A DNA stretch of 64,000 nucleotides from Candidatus Latescibacterota bacterium (GCA_965223905.1 CBDCXV010000001.1:1408001-1472000), one strand, 5' to 3'; shown: positions 20,165-31,142, numbered from the stretch's first letter. Program-made: numbers and translations. Notes: generated from the sequence alone by a model not told the origin.

Positions 20165-21220
20165 TCAGACCGGCCGCCAGCGGATCAGACAGAAGTCCGA
20201 GTTGCCCGTAGCCGTGTCCCAACCGGCATCGACGTCGCCGTAGCAGGAGCCGACGAAGGTCAGGATCTCCTCCGAGTCCAGCGTGAGATGCCGCGGATAG
20301 CCCGCGGCGTTCCCGTGGCAAAGGTAGTAGACCTCGTCTTCCCAGCTCCGGCCGCGGTCGCGGCTTACCATGGCGCGGCAGCTGCCCATGTCGCGCGGAT
20401 AGCGGTGATCGTGCGCCACGACCACGCGGCCGTTCGGCAGACCCGCGGCCATGCCGTGGCATTGCCCGGAGACGTTGGTCAGTTGGCGGCGGTTGCTCCA
20501 GGTCTTTCCGCCGTCGCCGGAATCGGCGAGAAACAGGGTCTTGCTGGTCTCCGGTCTGTCCGGCGGCCCCGGCTGATGGCGAATGGCGGCGATCAGCCGC
20601 CCGGGTGAGAGCTCGGTGAGGTTGACCTCGCAGCCGTAGTCGCTCAGGAAAAAGCGCTCGCCAAAACTCCTGCCGCCGTCGGTGGACCGGAACACCCAGG
20701 CCGGGTTCTTCCCCTCGTCGAAGGGCTCGTCGTTCTGTTTGACGGGCAGCAGCAGCGTCCCGTCGGCGAGGCGGGTGATGTTGTCGCAGATGATGACCTG
20801 GCCGAAAGGGGCGACGTCGATGCGGCCGAACCGGCTCCAGGATTCCCCCTCGTCATCGGATGCCCAGACCTTCCTCGACTCCTGGCGCACCGCGAGCAAT
20901 GTCCCGTCCTGGTTGAACTGCACGCACCAGCCTGCGAAGCCGTGCCGTTCCGGGTCCCGCTGCAGGTGCTCCCAGGTTTCGCCGCGGTCCGTCGACCTGG
21001 AGACGACGGTGCGCTGGAAGGCGTAGATGGCGCCGCCGGGCGCCTCGATCAGGGACAGCCCCTGGTAGTGCGCACCGGGGTCCCTGGGCATGCGCATCTT
21101 GCGCACCGGGACTTCCCGCAGCTCGCCGCGGCGCACGTGCAGGATGCAGTCGCCGGCCTGCATGCGAGCCAGCTCGTCGGGGGTCACGGCGCGGCCGCCC
21201 AGGGTCGCGGTCGATTTCAT
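20165..21220 (-). CDS. BNR/Asp-box sialidase-like glycoside hydrolase
   Basis: Repeated Asp-boxes: STDRGETW, SDDEGESW, STDGGRSF, SGDGGKTW, SRDRGRSW. Confidence 0.85.
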   Translation of the reverse strand: MKSTATLGGRAVTPDELARMQAGDCILHVRRGELREVPVRKMRMPRDPGAHYQGLSLIEAPGGAIYAFQRTVVSRSTDRGETWEHLQRDPERHGFAGWCVQFNQDGTLLAVRQESRKVWASDDEGESWSRFGRIDVAPFGQVIICDNITRLADGTLLLPVKQNDEPFDEGKNPAWVFRSTDGGRSFGERFFLSDYGCEVNLTELSPGRLIAAIRHQPGPPDRPETSKTLFLADSGDGGKTWSNRRQLTNVSGQCHGMAAGLPNGRVVVAHDHRYPRDMGSCRAMVSRDRGRSWEDEVYYLCHGNAAGYPRHLTLDSEEILTFVGSCYGDVDAGWDTATGNSDFCLIRWRPV

Positions 21221-21304
21221 GTCAGCGCAGCAGCCCTGCGACCCGGGTGCCTCGGCGTCCGAATTTTTGCAATCTATTTCCGGCACAGGACCCAAGAAGA
21301 AGAA

Positions 21305-22429
21305 ACGAGGATCACCGCCGTCAAGGAGCACCGCTTCAAGACCATGTCGCGCCGCTACAGGGGAAGTACGGGTACTCCATCTACCCGCTGGAGCTGCTGC
21401 GGACCGAGCCCGAGGAGACGACGACGCTTCTCGAGCTGGAGACAGACACCGGGGTCAGCGGCTACTGGTTCCCCCGCGGGGGCGGCCGCCTCACCCCCTG
21501 GATCGAGGCCCTCGCCATCGGCCGCGACCCGATGGACCGCGAGCAGTTCTGGCAGCTGAGCGGCGGCGACATGCCCCTCGACATGCTGCTTTGGGATTTC
21601 GCCGGCCGCTTCCTCGAGCAGCCGGTGCACAAGCTGCTCGGCGGCTTCCGCGACAAGCTGAAGTGCTACGCCAGCTCCTACCCCAACATGGGACCCCCGG
21701 AGGTTTTCGCCGACCACGCCGAGGAGTGCGTGAAGAAGGGATACACCGCCTACAAGATTCACGCCTACATGTGGTACGACCCGGTGAGGATGGAGCCGGC
21801 GCCGCGCAGCCCGGCCTTTCCCAAGCACGACGTCGAGGTCTGCGAGGCGGTCCGCGAGCGCGTCGGCGGCGACATCGTCCTGATGCTCGACCAGGCCGGC
21901 ATCTACAACTACGAGCAGGGTGCTCTACGTCGGCAGGGAGATCGCCAAACTCGATTTCTTCTGGTTCGAGAGCCCGATGCCGGAGAACAACATCGAGCCC
22001 TACATCCGCCTGACGGAGAACCTCGATGTGCCGGTCTGCGCCCCTGAGCAGCTCGGCAACCTGCCGTACAGCCGCACCGAGTGGATCGTGAGGAAGGCGT
22101 CCGACATGGGGCGCACCGAGGTCAACTTCAACGGCATTACCGGCTGCAGGAAATCGGTGGCGCTGTACGAATTGTTCGGCATGCGGGCGACGATCCACGG
22201 CGGCGGCTGGGGCAACCTGCATATCTACGCGTCGACGAACGCCGACACCATCGAGTACTTCGAGCGCGGGCTGTTCGCCCCGGGCCACGACGAGGCCTAC
22301 GAGGTGCCGCCGCCGTACATGAAGGAGATCTGCGATTCCTTCGACGGCGAGGGGAACGTCATCGTGTCGCAGAAACCGGGGCGCGGCTTCGAGATCGACC
22401 GGGACTACATCGAGGACAACCGCGTCTGA
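21305..22429 (+). pseudogene. Mandelate racemase/enolase superfamily enzyme, frameshifted
   Basis: DMLLWDFAG..PVHKLLGG, YKIH, LMLD, WFESP. The apparent start is ACG, and frameshifts fall in G runs at ~21360 and ~21918. Confidence 0.75.
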
Positions 22430-22441
22430 CCGCGGCCGGCA

Positions 22442-22471
22442 CCCGCGGGCGTCCGCGGGCGCAATTTTTTT
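22442..22471 (+). terminator. Probable intrinsic terminator
   Basis: CCCGCGG-gcgt-CCGCGGG hairpin followed by a T run, just after the stop at 22429. Confidence 0.45.
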
Positions 22472-22486
22472 CCGGAGAACCTCGCC

Positions 22487-22786
22487 ATGGGAAGATTCCC
22501 CCTGCTGATCGCCGCGCTGGCGGCAACCCTGACTGCGCAACGGAGCGACGCCGGCTGCGACTGCAGGATCGCCTTCGCCACCGACCGCGACGACGGCAAT
22601 ATCGAGATCTACGTGATGGATGGCGACGGCTCGAACCCCGTCAACCTGACCCAGACCACATCGGACGCGATCTACCCGGCGTGGATTCCCGCGGAGGCGG
22701 CCAGCGCGATCCGGGCCGCGGCCTGGGGCGCGATCAAGGCGCGGATCGACCGCAGCGGGACATCCGGCGCACCGGCCTCGAGATGA
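22487..22786 (+). CDS. Small secreted protein with a single TolB/PD40-like repeat and WGAIK tail (probably internally deleted)
   Basis: Signal peptide, RIAFATDRDDGNIEIYVMDGDGSNPVNLT...YPAW, AAAWGAIKA. Confidence 0.6.
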   Translation: MGRFPLLIAALAATLTAQRSDAGCDCRIAFATDRDDGNIEIYVMDGDGSNPVNLTQTTSDAIYPAWIPAEAASAIRAAAWGAIKARIDRSGTSGAPASR

Positions 22787-22940
22787 TTGCCTGTCGGGAC
22801 GGCTCCCAGGTCTCAGGGAGTTGAAAGGCTGGCTGGGGTTATCCGGGAGAGTGCTGCAATTGAGAAGTGAAGCCGACCGCGGAAAGGGCAACCAATTGCC
22901 CGTACTTGTATCGCAAGCACATGTTGGTGGGGTGGGAACC

Positions 22941-23336
22941 TCACCCGCTATGCAACTCCGGGAAGTAGGTCGAGTAGAAGCCGCGGTCCCGGGTGAGAAA
23001 AGTTTCGGCTTTTACAACCGCGTGGGCACCGATCAGAAAGTCCGAAATAATCCGATCCCTGGGCCCGCCGGCCTGCCGGTAGCGCGACCAGCGCTGCCCG
23101 GCTTCGTAAGCAATATCGGTATCGATGGGTGAGATCGTCGCGCTGATCTCCCGCAACGCTCCGTCGAGAATGGCCCGGTCATCAAACGCGGGAACGAGTT
23201 CCGCATAGACCACGTCACAGATGAAAATGGCCCCTCTGTCATAGGCGTTCCGCAGTAATCCCTTCGACCGGGGGCCGTGACGCTCGTCGGGGAGAAACAC
23301 GTCCAACAGGACACTCGTGTCGACGGCGGTGATCAT
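22941..23336 (-). CDS. vapC: PIN-domain toxin (VapC-like)
   Basis: AVDTSVLLD, VYAEL, ISDFLIGAHA, LTRD. Confidence 0.88.
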   Translation of the reverse strand: MITAVDTSVLLDVFLPDERHGPRSKGLLRNAYDRGAIFICDVVYAELVPAFDDRAILDGALREISATISPIDTDIAYEAGQRWSRYRQAGGPRDRIISDFLIGAHAVVKAETFLTRDRGFYSTYFPELHSG

Positions 23337-23548
23337 CTCCCACGGATTTCTTCGAGGTAGTCGTCGGTGCTTACGCCGCTGCCCAGGATGGCGTACACGC
23401 GCTCCACTGGGTGCCTCGCTGCGGTCCGTTTTTGAATGAGCAGGCCGTGCTCTGTTGGCGTGATCTCAATTTCGACGTCGGGATTCATTCCGAAGCGATC
23501 TCTCAGTCGCTTGGGGATGGTGATTTGTCCTCGTTCAGATATTCGCAT
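23333..23548 (-). CDS. AbrB/MazE-family antitoxin
   Basis: ISERGQITIPKRLRDRFG; overlaps the toxin gene. Confidence 0.88.
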   Translation of the reverse strand: MRISERGQITIPKRLRDRFGMNPDVEIEITPTEHGLLIQKRTAARHPVERVYAILGSGVSTDDYLEEIRGR

Positions 23549-23887
23549 GTGGCCTCAATATGAATTCCATATTCATAAAATCATACCAATCTAACAGGGG
23601 ACACGCAAGTCCTGGGGCGCGATCAAGGCGCGGATCGACCGCTGCGGGACATCCGGAGTGCCTGCCCCGAGATGACCGCCTGCCAGGGCTGTAGAGCCAG
23701 TCGCCTGGGGCCGGATAAAGGCTTCCCTGGAGTTGGAATGACCTGCGTCCAGCCGGGAAAGCGCATGAAAGCAATACCCGAATACGAGGAAGTTGGCCTT
23801 TGGAAATGGTGCTGTGGGCACTGTGTCCACTGCCCTATATTGCCCCGGAGTCATGAAACCGCACCGTAGGAATCGGGGAGGCAACTC

Positions 23888-24827
23888 ATGAAGAATGGAT
23901 GTTTCGCCGCTCTGGCCCTGCTCATGGGGCAGGTCATCCTGGCCGGCGCCCACAGCGGCGACCGCGTGTTCCCCATTCCCGAGCTTACCGACGAGATGCT
24001 GGAGGAAATCCGGCTCGACGACGGATCAATAGACGAGTGGTATGACCTGGTCGGCGAGCCGACCATGACCCTGCTGGATTTCCACGACCCCGGCTTCAAC
24101 CGTCTCCCGGACCCGGCCGAACTGGATTTCCGCATCTGGCTGGCATGGCACGACGATCCGGATCGGCTGTATGTCGCCTTCGTGTCCAGCGACGACGAGT
24201 ATTTAAACTCCCATGACTTCGATGCCGGTTCCCGACTCCTGGAGCATGACAGCATCGCTCTCGTAGTCGACGGAGATCACCGGGGCGGACACGGAGGTGT
24301 CGACATTACCACATCGGCGGAGGACTGGGGGGGTTTTCACGGGGAAGCCCAACTATACGAAGCGGTTGCCCGTACCGTGACCGGCGTCCCGACCCTGAAT
24401 GCCCCGGATGTTCTGCGCCAGACCGGGGTTTTTTCCTGGACGGTCTTTCCTCCCTACGGGGATGGAGGAGGAGGGGTCGCCGGGGAAAACCCGATCATCA
24501 GCGTGATCGAGCTGTACGTTACGCCTTACGACCACTGGGAGGGATGGGACAGCGGGCCGCAGGAGACCGCGTTGAGCGATTTTGCGGCAGGACAGGCAAT
24601 TGGTTTTGCGATCATGGTGTATGATTGGGACGAGAAACCCGGCTCGTGGGAATACTTATTATACATCGATACAGACTGAAGATTCCTACGTAGACATAAC
24701 GGACCTTCGAGCGGATGTCTTTCTCGATGGGGTGCTGTTGCCGGCCGAGGCCACCGATTCTGAAGAACGAACCGCGGTCGAGTCCGTTTCCTGGGGGCGA
24801 ATCAAGGCCTCCCTGGAGATGAAATAG
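23888..24827 (+). pseudogene. Secreted DOMON/CBM9-like protein with SWGRIK tail, frameshifted at ~24660
   Basis: Signal peptide, LDDGSIDEW, DFRIWLAW..RLYVA. The C-terminus AVESVSWGRIKASLEMK is in a different frame. Confidence 0.65.
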
Positions 24828-25040
24828 CCGCCGCTCCACCACCTCGAGTCGGCCTCTGCCCCGGCAGTATACCTCGAGCGACCGGATCCCGCCGCCTGCC
24901 CTATGCCGAAGATGCCCGCACCTGTCTGCCCGCGGTTCAAATCCCGTAATTTCGTCCGCGGCCGGCTGTGCAGGGACCCGGGCCGCTCGATGCGGCCGCG
25001 AGGCGGCCGTCCAGAAACCGCGACCAAAGGAGCATTCGAT

Positions 25041-25823
25041 ATGGGAATTCTCGACAGGTTTTCACTGCAGGGGCGCGTCGCCCTGGTGTCCGGGGGCTCG
25101 GGCCCCCAGTTCGGCAGCAGCCTCAGCGAGGGACTCGCCGAGGCCGGCGCCACGGTCATCTCGGCGTCGCGCTCGCTGGAGCGCAACCAGGAGTTCGCCG
25201 AGCGCCTGCGCGGCGAGGGGCACGACGCCCACGCCATGCAGCTCGACATCACCGACCCGGCTTCGATCTCCGCCCTCGGCGGCGAGGTGCTCGACCGCTT
25301 CGGGCGCATCGACGTGCTGGTCAACAGCGCCGTCGTGGGTCGCGGCGGCGGCTTCGAGGACCAGACTTACGAGTACTGGCAGTACAGCGCCAGCGGCAAC
25401 ATGTCCGGGCTGTTCGCCATGTGCAAGACCTTCGTCCCGGCCATGGTCGAGCAGGGCCGCGGCTCGATCGTCAACATCTCGAGCATATACGGGGTCGTCG
25501 GCAACGATCCGACCCTGTACGAGGGCACGGAAATGAAGCAGGCGCCGGACTACAACTTCGTCAAAGCCGGCATGATCAACTTCACCCGCTACGTCGCCAA
25601 CTACTACGGCAAGCAGGGGGTGCGGGCCAACTGCATCTGTCCGGGGGGATACTTCAACAATCAGCCGGGGCCGTTCGTCGAGAACTACGAAAAACGCGCC
25701 CCGGTCGGACGCATGCTGCACAACGACGACATCAAGGGCGCGGTGGTGTTCCTCGCCTCGGACGCCTCGGAGTACGTCACCGGCACCTCGCTGATGGTCG
25801 ACGGCGGCTGGACCAGCCTGTAG
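25041..25823 (+). CDS. SDR family oxidoreductase
   Basis: ALVSGGSG, DVLVNSA, NISSIYG, YNFVKAG, VDGGWT. Confidence 0.92.
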   Translation: MGILDRFSLQGRVALVSGGSGPQFGSSLSEGLAEAGATVISASRSLERNQEFAERLRGEGHDAHAMQLDITDPASISALGGEVLDRFGRIDVLVNSAVVGRGGGFEDQTYEYWQYSASGNMSGLFAMCKTFVPAMVEQGRGSIVNISSIYGVVGNDPTLYEGTEMKQAPDYNFVKAGMINFTRYVANYYGKQGVRANCICPGGYFNNQPGPFVENYEKRAPVGRMLHNDDIKGAVVFLASDASEYVTGTSLMVDGGWTSL

Positions 25824-25919
25824 GGGGGCGCGAAAAAATACGGCAGGGCCCCGGCGAGCCGGGATTCCCGAAAGCCTCGTTAGTACCCGGATGAAACCGC
25901 GAAGGACCGGAGACCCGCC

Positions 25920-27050
25920 ATGATCATCGATTCCCACGCCTACTGCTTCGAGCCCGCCGACAGTCCGAAGGGGTACGCCAGCGCCGGCGAGCACCTCGCC
26001 ATCGTGCAGCAGTCCCAGGCGCGCCACCACCAGCCCGCCTTCCGGATTCGCGACGGCGTCGAGGGGCCGTCGCACGTCCTCGACTCCGCCAGCGGCGCGC
26101 TCGACGACCTGCCGGACGTCGGCTTCCGCATCGACAAGGAATTCGGCCGCGTCCTGTGGGACTACGGAGGGGAAACCTGGACCAAGCACTTCTACCCGCC
26201 GAACCTGCGCAATCTCGAGTTCACCCCGGAGAGCCTCGTCGGCGAGATGGATTACGCCGGGGTGCAGCGGGTCCTGCTGCACACCAACCCGATGCTCGGG
26301 CGGGACAACGGCTACCAGGCTCAGTGCGTGCGCAGGTTCCCCGGGCGAATCCTGTCGATGGCCGGCCTCGACGAGCGCCGGATTCACAGCGACCCCGACG
26401 CTGCGACAGCCGGGATCGCCGCGGCGATCCGCGATCTGGGACTGCAGGCGATCAAGTTCGCCAGCTACGGCTACGACGTCAGTCCGGAGCCGTGGGACGG
26501 AGGGGCGTACGAGCCGTTCTGGGATGCGGTGTCGTCTCTAGGGGTGCCGGTCTTCTTCACCTTGGGCACCGGTCCCGGCCGCGGCCTGGAAATCGCCCCG
26601 GACGCGGCGCAGCAGCAGGGCTATCTCGGGGAGCTCCGCATCCTGGGGCGGCTGATGGAGAAGTACCCGTCCATGGCGTGCAGCATCACCCACGGCTTTC
26701 CCTGGCGCGTCTTCCTCGACGGCGGCGGCATCTCGCTGCCGGACGAAATCTGGGAGCCGTTCGCCAACCCGAATCTCAGCCTCGAGGTCTGCTTCCCGGT
26801 CCGCATCGGCGACCTCTTCGACTACCCGTACCGCGAGGTCTGGCCGGCGCTCGAGGCGATGGTCGAACGCATCGGCCCCGGAAGGCTGATGTACGGCACC
26901 GACATGCCGTTCCAGAACCGCTTCTGCACCTACCGCCAGTCCCGCCACTGGATCGAGCGGCACTTCGCCCCGGCCGCGGGGTTGGGCGATGCCGAGAAGG
27001 GGATGATCATGGGGGAGTGCGCGGCGCGGGTGCTGGGGATCGAGGGGTAG
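25920..27050 (+). CDS. Amidohydrolase family 2 protein
   Basis: IIDSHAY, EMDYAGV, RLMYGTDMP. Confidence 0.85.
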   Translation: MIIDSHAYCFEPADSPKGYASAGEHLAIVQQSQARHHQPAFRIRDGVEGPSHVLDSASGALDDLPDVGFRIDKEFGRVLWDYGGETWTKHFYPPNLRNLEFTPESLVGEMDYAGVQRVLLHTNPMLGRDNGYQAQCVRRFPGRILSMAGLDERRIHSDPDAATAGIAAAIRDLGLQAIKFASYGYDVSPEPWDGGAYEPFWDAVSSLGVPVFFTLGTGPGRGLEIAPDAAQQQGYLGELRILGRLMEKYPSMACSITHGFPWRVFLDGGGISLPDEIWEPFANPNLSLEVCFPVRIGDLFDYPYREVWPALEAMVERIGPGRLMYGTDMPFQNRFCTYRQSRHWIERHFAPAAGLGDAEKGMIMGECAARVLGIEG

Positions 27051-27249
27051 GGATCGAGCCGGGCCGCCAACACCAGCGATTGCCGCGGGGCCGGGTTGGC
27101 CGGGGCGCGGGAGGCGATGGAAAGGTTCCGGGCCATAACGGAAGCCGGCCCGGGTATCCCGAGAGGCTGCGGCCCAAGCCCTTGCGAGGGCCAGCCGAGG
27201 CCGTGGTGCGATGGCAACTGTTGACCTGCCAGGAGGAGAGGCTGCCGCA

Positions 27250-27930
27250 ATGAAACTGACCCACCCCGACATGATCGCCGAAGTGACCAGCCGCTGGGAG
27301 GGGGAGCGCGACGCCGCCGGCCGTCCGATGGTCCCCGACGACATTCTCGAGCGCATGAAATCGGTCACCACCGAAGACGCCTGGACGGTGCTGAAGAAGC
27401 ACGGCTGGGAGCACAACTTCGCCGGCGGCTGGACGGTGCTGTTTCCCGGCCAGGTGCTGGTCGGCCGCGCCATCACCTGCCGCTGGGTGCCGATGCGGCC
27501 CGAGCTTCACGATGCCCTGCTGCGCCTGGGGGAAGCCGAGGGCCGCGTCGGTTTCCTCAACTCGTGGGTGATCGACGAGATGGTCAACGGCGACGTCCTC
27601 GTGGCCGACCTGTTCGGAAAGGTGAATCTCGTGGGAGACAACCTGACCACCGCCATCAAGGCGAACGGGGGCCGCGGCATGGTGATCGACGGCGGCCTCC
27701 GCGACCTGCAGCGCATCCTCAAGATCCCCGACTTCTGCACCTTCGTGAAGCGCATTCACCCGGAGGCGATACCCGGCGTCACCATGCCGGACATCAACGG
27801 CATCACCCGCATCGGCGAGGCGACCTGCATCCCCGGAGACGTCGTCCTCGGCACCGTGACCGGGGTGCTCTTCATCCCACCGCACCTGGCCGGGGAGGTC
27901 GTCCTCTCTTCCGAGAGGAGCGGAGGCTGA
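27250..27930 (+). CDS. RraA/HMG aldolase family protein (possibly C-truncated)
   Basis: GRAIT, VGDNLTT, GMVIDGGLRD, PGDVVLG..GVLFIP. Confidence 0.8.
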   Translation: MKLTHPDMIAEVTSRWEGERDAAGRPMVPDDILERMKSVTTEDAWTVLKKHGWEHNFAGGWTVLFPGQVLVGRAITCRWVPMRPELHDALLRLGEAEGRVGFLNSWVIDEMVNGDVLVADLFGKVNLVGDNLTTAIKANGGRGMVIDGGLRDLQRILKIPDFCTFVKRIHPEAIPGVTMPDINGITRIGEATCIPGDVVLGTVTGVLFIPPHLAGEVVLSSERSGG

Positions 27931-28102
27931 GGCCCGCAGTCGTCGCTATGGGCCGGTCCGGATGGTCCCACTTCCAGGGGGGTTGCCGCCGCGGGTCGCC
28001 GGTGCCGTTCAGGAAGGTTCTGCGAGTCGAGGGAAAAGGCTATGTTGCCGATTCGGTACTCCGCCGGAATCGGCAGCGCACCGCAACACCCGGGAGATAT
28101 CG

Positions 28103-28867
28103 GTGACGGACGAATTCACCAGAACCTTCGAAAACCACTGGAACGATTTCCGCGCCCGCTGGTGCGACAGCACCGACCTCGGCGGGGCCCGCGCCTACAG
28201 CCACGAGGAGGTGAAGGCGGTCATGTTCCACCGCGTCGCCCGGGTCGACGTGCCTGCCGAGAGGGTGGACGGGCTGATCGACGACGCCGTCGAGTTTTTC
28301 CGGGAGAAGGAGTACGACTGCCTCTTCACCCTCTCGCCGCTGGACCGGCCGGCCGACATGGCGGAACGGCTGCGGCAAAGGGGGTTCGAGCTGGCGCTGC
28401 TGCCGGTGGCGATGCTCTGCGACCAGCCGGCCGGGCCCGTTTCCGCAGAAGACGTCGAGGTGGAGATCGTCGGCGCCGGCGGTTACGACACCTGGGCGGA
28501 GATCATGTGCACCTGCTTCGGCAATCCCCCGGAAGCCGGGGAGGCAGGCCGTTCGGTGCTCGACGTCCCGGAGGTCCTCCTCTACCTCGCCCTGAGAAAG
28601 GGGGAGCCGGCCGGCACCGCGCTGCTGTATCCGCGCAACGGCATCGGGTACATAGACGCCGTCGGCACCCTGCCGGAGCACCGCGGTTGCGGCGTCGCCT
28701 CCGCAGTGGCCGCGCGCGCCGTCGCCGATTCCAAGGCCCTGGGCAACCGCTGGACGACCCTCGAGGTCGAATGCGAAAGCCCCGCCGAGAGGATCTACCG
28801 GCGCCTCGGCTTCCGCCGCATGCATTTCCGGCCGCGCTACGCCAAGGCTCTGGAGGACCTTCAGTGA
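28103..28867 (+). CDS. GNAT family acetyltransferase
   Basis: VGTLPEHRGCGVAS, RIYRRLGF. Confidence 0.85.
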   Translation: MTDEFTRTFENHWNDFRARWCDSTDLGGARAYSHEEVKAVMFHRVARVDVPAERVDGLIDDAVEFFREKEYDCLFTLSPLDRPADMAERLRQRGFELALLPVAMLCDQPAGPVSAEDVEVEIVGAGGYDTWAEIMCTCFGNPPEAGEAGRSVLDVPEVLLYLALRKGEPAGTALLYPRNGIGYIDAVGTLPEHRGCGVASAVAARAVADSKALGNRWTTLEVECESPAERIYRRLGFRRMHFRPRYAKALEDLQ

Positions 28868-29046
28868 AATGCTGCAGGGGACGGTTGGGTCCGGGGAGAT
28901 GACCTGGCCTCGGTTTCGCTGATCCGGGACATCACCAGGGTCGCGTCCTACGGAACTTGAAAGATCCCGGCCCTGGAATCGGCGCCGGAAATTGCAAGGG
29001 ATCCCTGGGACGCGACACAAATACCAAACGATAGAAGGAGCGGGAC

Positions 29047-29928
29047 ATGGAAGCATGGGCCGGCCGCAACGCCCGGTACATCGCCGGAAATGGATTGGCC
29101 AGCCGCGAACGCCAGGTTCCGGAGCCGGAAGTCGCGGTCGCCATGGAGGCGGGCAAGGTGTACGCCACCGCCGATCTGCCGGGCATCGCCATCGCCGAAG
29201 GGGTGAAGGCATCCGTTTCGTGGGGGCGCGGAACCTTGCTGGAATGGCTCGAGATGGAGCCCGGCTCCGTCTACCCTGAACAGACCCTGCCCGGAGAGCT
29301 CATCACCGCGGTGCAGGGCGGCTCGGCCACCTGTGCGGTCGACGGAAGGGAAGTCGAGCTGAACGGCAGGTCGTTCCTGTACCTGACCGATGGAATGCGC
29401 CGGACCCTGCGCGCCGGCACCGACGGCTTCGTCGCCATGGAGGTGTTTTCCCCCGTGCTCGCCGACCACCTCGCCCTCGCCGGCACCAGATTGCCGGATG
29501 AAGCCGACGTCGGTTCCCCCGACCAGGGAGTGGAGCCATCGCTGCAGGCCGGAGTGGTCTACCGGTTCGAGAATATCCCGCGGCAGCCGGTGATCATGCC
29601 GGGGCGGGAATCGCTGCCCCCCACCGCCCATACCACCCTGATGTGGAGCCGCAACTTCATGCTCAGCTTCATCCGCATGGACGGCGGCTCCTCCTTCCCC
29701 CACCACTTTCACCCGGAGGACCAGCTGATGATGGTCCTGCAGGGGGAGATGGAGGAGGGGATCATCGACGACTGGCTGCCGATGAAGGACCTCGACGTGA
29801 TCCTGCAGCCGGGAGGGATGGTGCACGCCGCCAGCATAAGCCCCGGGGGCGTCGACGTGGTGGACGTGTTCTGGCCGGTGCGGCCCGACTACATGGCGAT
29901 GGCGCAGCAGCACCGGGCGGGCTCCTGA
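29047..29928 (+). CDS. Tandem cupin domain protein
   Basis: Two cupin halves; the second has FPHHFHPEDQ...LQPGGMVH. Confidence 0.75.
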   Translation: MEAWAGRNARYIAGNGLASRERQVPEPEVAVAMEAGKVYATADLPGIAIAEGVKASVSWGRGTLLEWLEMEPGSVYPEQTLPGELITAVQGGSATCAVDGREVELNGRSFLYLTDGMRRTLRAGTDGFVAMEVFSPVLADHLALAGTRLPDEADVGSPDQGVEPSLQAGVVYRFENIPRQPVIMPGRESLPPTAHTTLMWSRNFMLSFIRMDGGSSFPHHFHPEDQLMMVLQGEMEEGIIDDWLPMKDLDVILQPGGMVHAASISPGGVDVVDVFWPVRPDYMAMAQQHRAGS

Positions 29929-30122
29929 GCGGATTCAGCGACCCCGTGCCCTGCGGCTCGTCAGAAGCCGGCGGTCTGCGGTTGGACGGACCCGCTGATC
30001 CAATCGAGGGGAGTACCGAGTAACCGCGAGGTACCCCTTCCAACCAAAGCCCGGCCTCCCACCGGGCTTCGCAGACCATCGCCGAATGGCTTCGGCTCCC
30101 CTGACAGAAACTGGTTGCCCCG

Positions 30123-31097
30123 ATGAGACAGATCGTTAGACAGCTCGACATACTGCGGACCCTGCATGCCCGGCGTTACGGAATGACCGTACGCGAGCTT
30201 GCGGAGGAGTACGATGTAACGGTGCGCACCGTGCAGCGCGACCTGATTGACCTGCGGGAGGCCGGGTTCATACTGGGGGAAAAACGCCGCAACAGTCGCG
30301 TCTACTACCAGCTACAGAAAGAGACCGGGATGCCGATGAACTTCCCGGTCATGGAAGTCGCGGCCATGATCTTTGCCGAGCGCGCCGGCCTGGGCCTGGT
30401 GGGGACCCCGTTCGGAGAGCATCTGCGCTCGGCCGTCCGCAGGCTGACCGAGACGATGCCCCAGGAGGGGCGGCGATTCTTCGAGCGGGCCGCCGAGGCC
30501 TACGTGCCGCTGGCACGCGGGCACAAGCCGTACGAGGAGGCCCGGGAACTGCTCGAGAAACTGCACGATGCCATTCTCGAGCGCCGCGTCTGCCGGGTGA
30601 GCTACCGCTCGCCGGGAGCGGAGGGCGCAAAGCAGTACGAGATCGAACCGCTGCGCCTGATGCATTACCGGGGCGGCCTGTACGTGATCTCCCGGGTGCC
30701 TTACTACGACAGCCTGATCACTCAGGCCGTTGAACGCTTTGAGTCCGTAGAGGCGACGGGGGAGACGTTCGAGCCGCCGGACCACCTGCCGATCGACGAG
30801 CGGGTGAGCGATGCTTTCGGGGTTTCGTACGAGGAGCCGATGGAGGTGGCGGTCCGGTTTACGGGGGAACAGGCCCCATATATAAGGGAAAGGATCTGGC
30901 ACCCCAGCCAGGAGCTGGAGGAGCTGCCGGACGGGCGGGTGGTGCTGCGGCTGCGGGCAGGCGGGTTCTACGAGATCAGGAGCTGGGTGCTGAGCTTCGG
31001 AGCCGCGGCCGAGGTGCTGGAGCCGGCGGAGCTGCGGGAGGCGGTTCGTGAGGAGATGCGGTCGGCGCTGGGGCTGGATACCGGGGGTGCGACATGA
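30123..31097 (+). CDS. WYL-domain transcriptional regulator (wHTH-WYL-WCX; PafB/DriD/BrxR-like)
   Basis: N-terminal HTH ELAEEYDVTVRTVQRDL, SYRS..YEIEPLRL..GLYV, ERIWHPSQ, WVLSFGAAAEVLEPAELR. Confidence 0.92.
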   Translation: MRQIVRQLDILRTLHARRYGMTVRELAEEYDVTVRTVQRDLIDLREAGFILGEKRRNSRVYYQLQKETGMPMNFPVMEVAAMIFAERAGLGLVGTPFGEHLRSAVRRLTETMPQEGRRFFERAAEAYVPLARGHKPYEEARELLEKLHDAILERRVCRVSYRSPGAEGAKQYEIEPLRLMHYRGGLYVISRVPYYDSLITQAVERFESVEATGETFEPPDHLPIDERVSDAFGVSYEEPMEVAVRFTGEQAPYIRERIWHPSQELEELPDGRVVLRLRAGGFYEIRSWVLSFGAAAEVLEPAELREAVREEMRSALGLDTGGAT

Positions 31098-31106
31098 TCT
31101 GTCGCA
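31088..31106 (+). promoter_or_regulatory. Palindromic box 1 (putative WYL site)
   Basis: TGCGAC-ATGATCT-GTCGCA, overlapping the WYL stop codon and upstream of 31143. Confidence 0.75.
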
Positions 31107-31142
31107 GGCTTCATTTTCCTCTTGGAAAGGAGCGGATGACCC

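Larger units (their letters stand above)
22722..23683 (+). repeat. Imperfect ~70 bp direct repeat (22722-22793 and 23611-23683) bracketing the AbrB-PIN module
   Basis: Both copies begin CCTGGGGCGCGATCAAGGCGCGGATCGACCGC(A/T)GCGGGACATCCGG. Confidence 0.9.
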
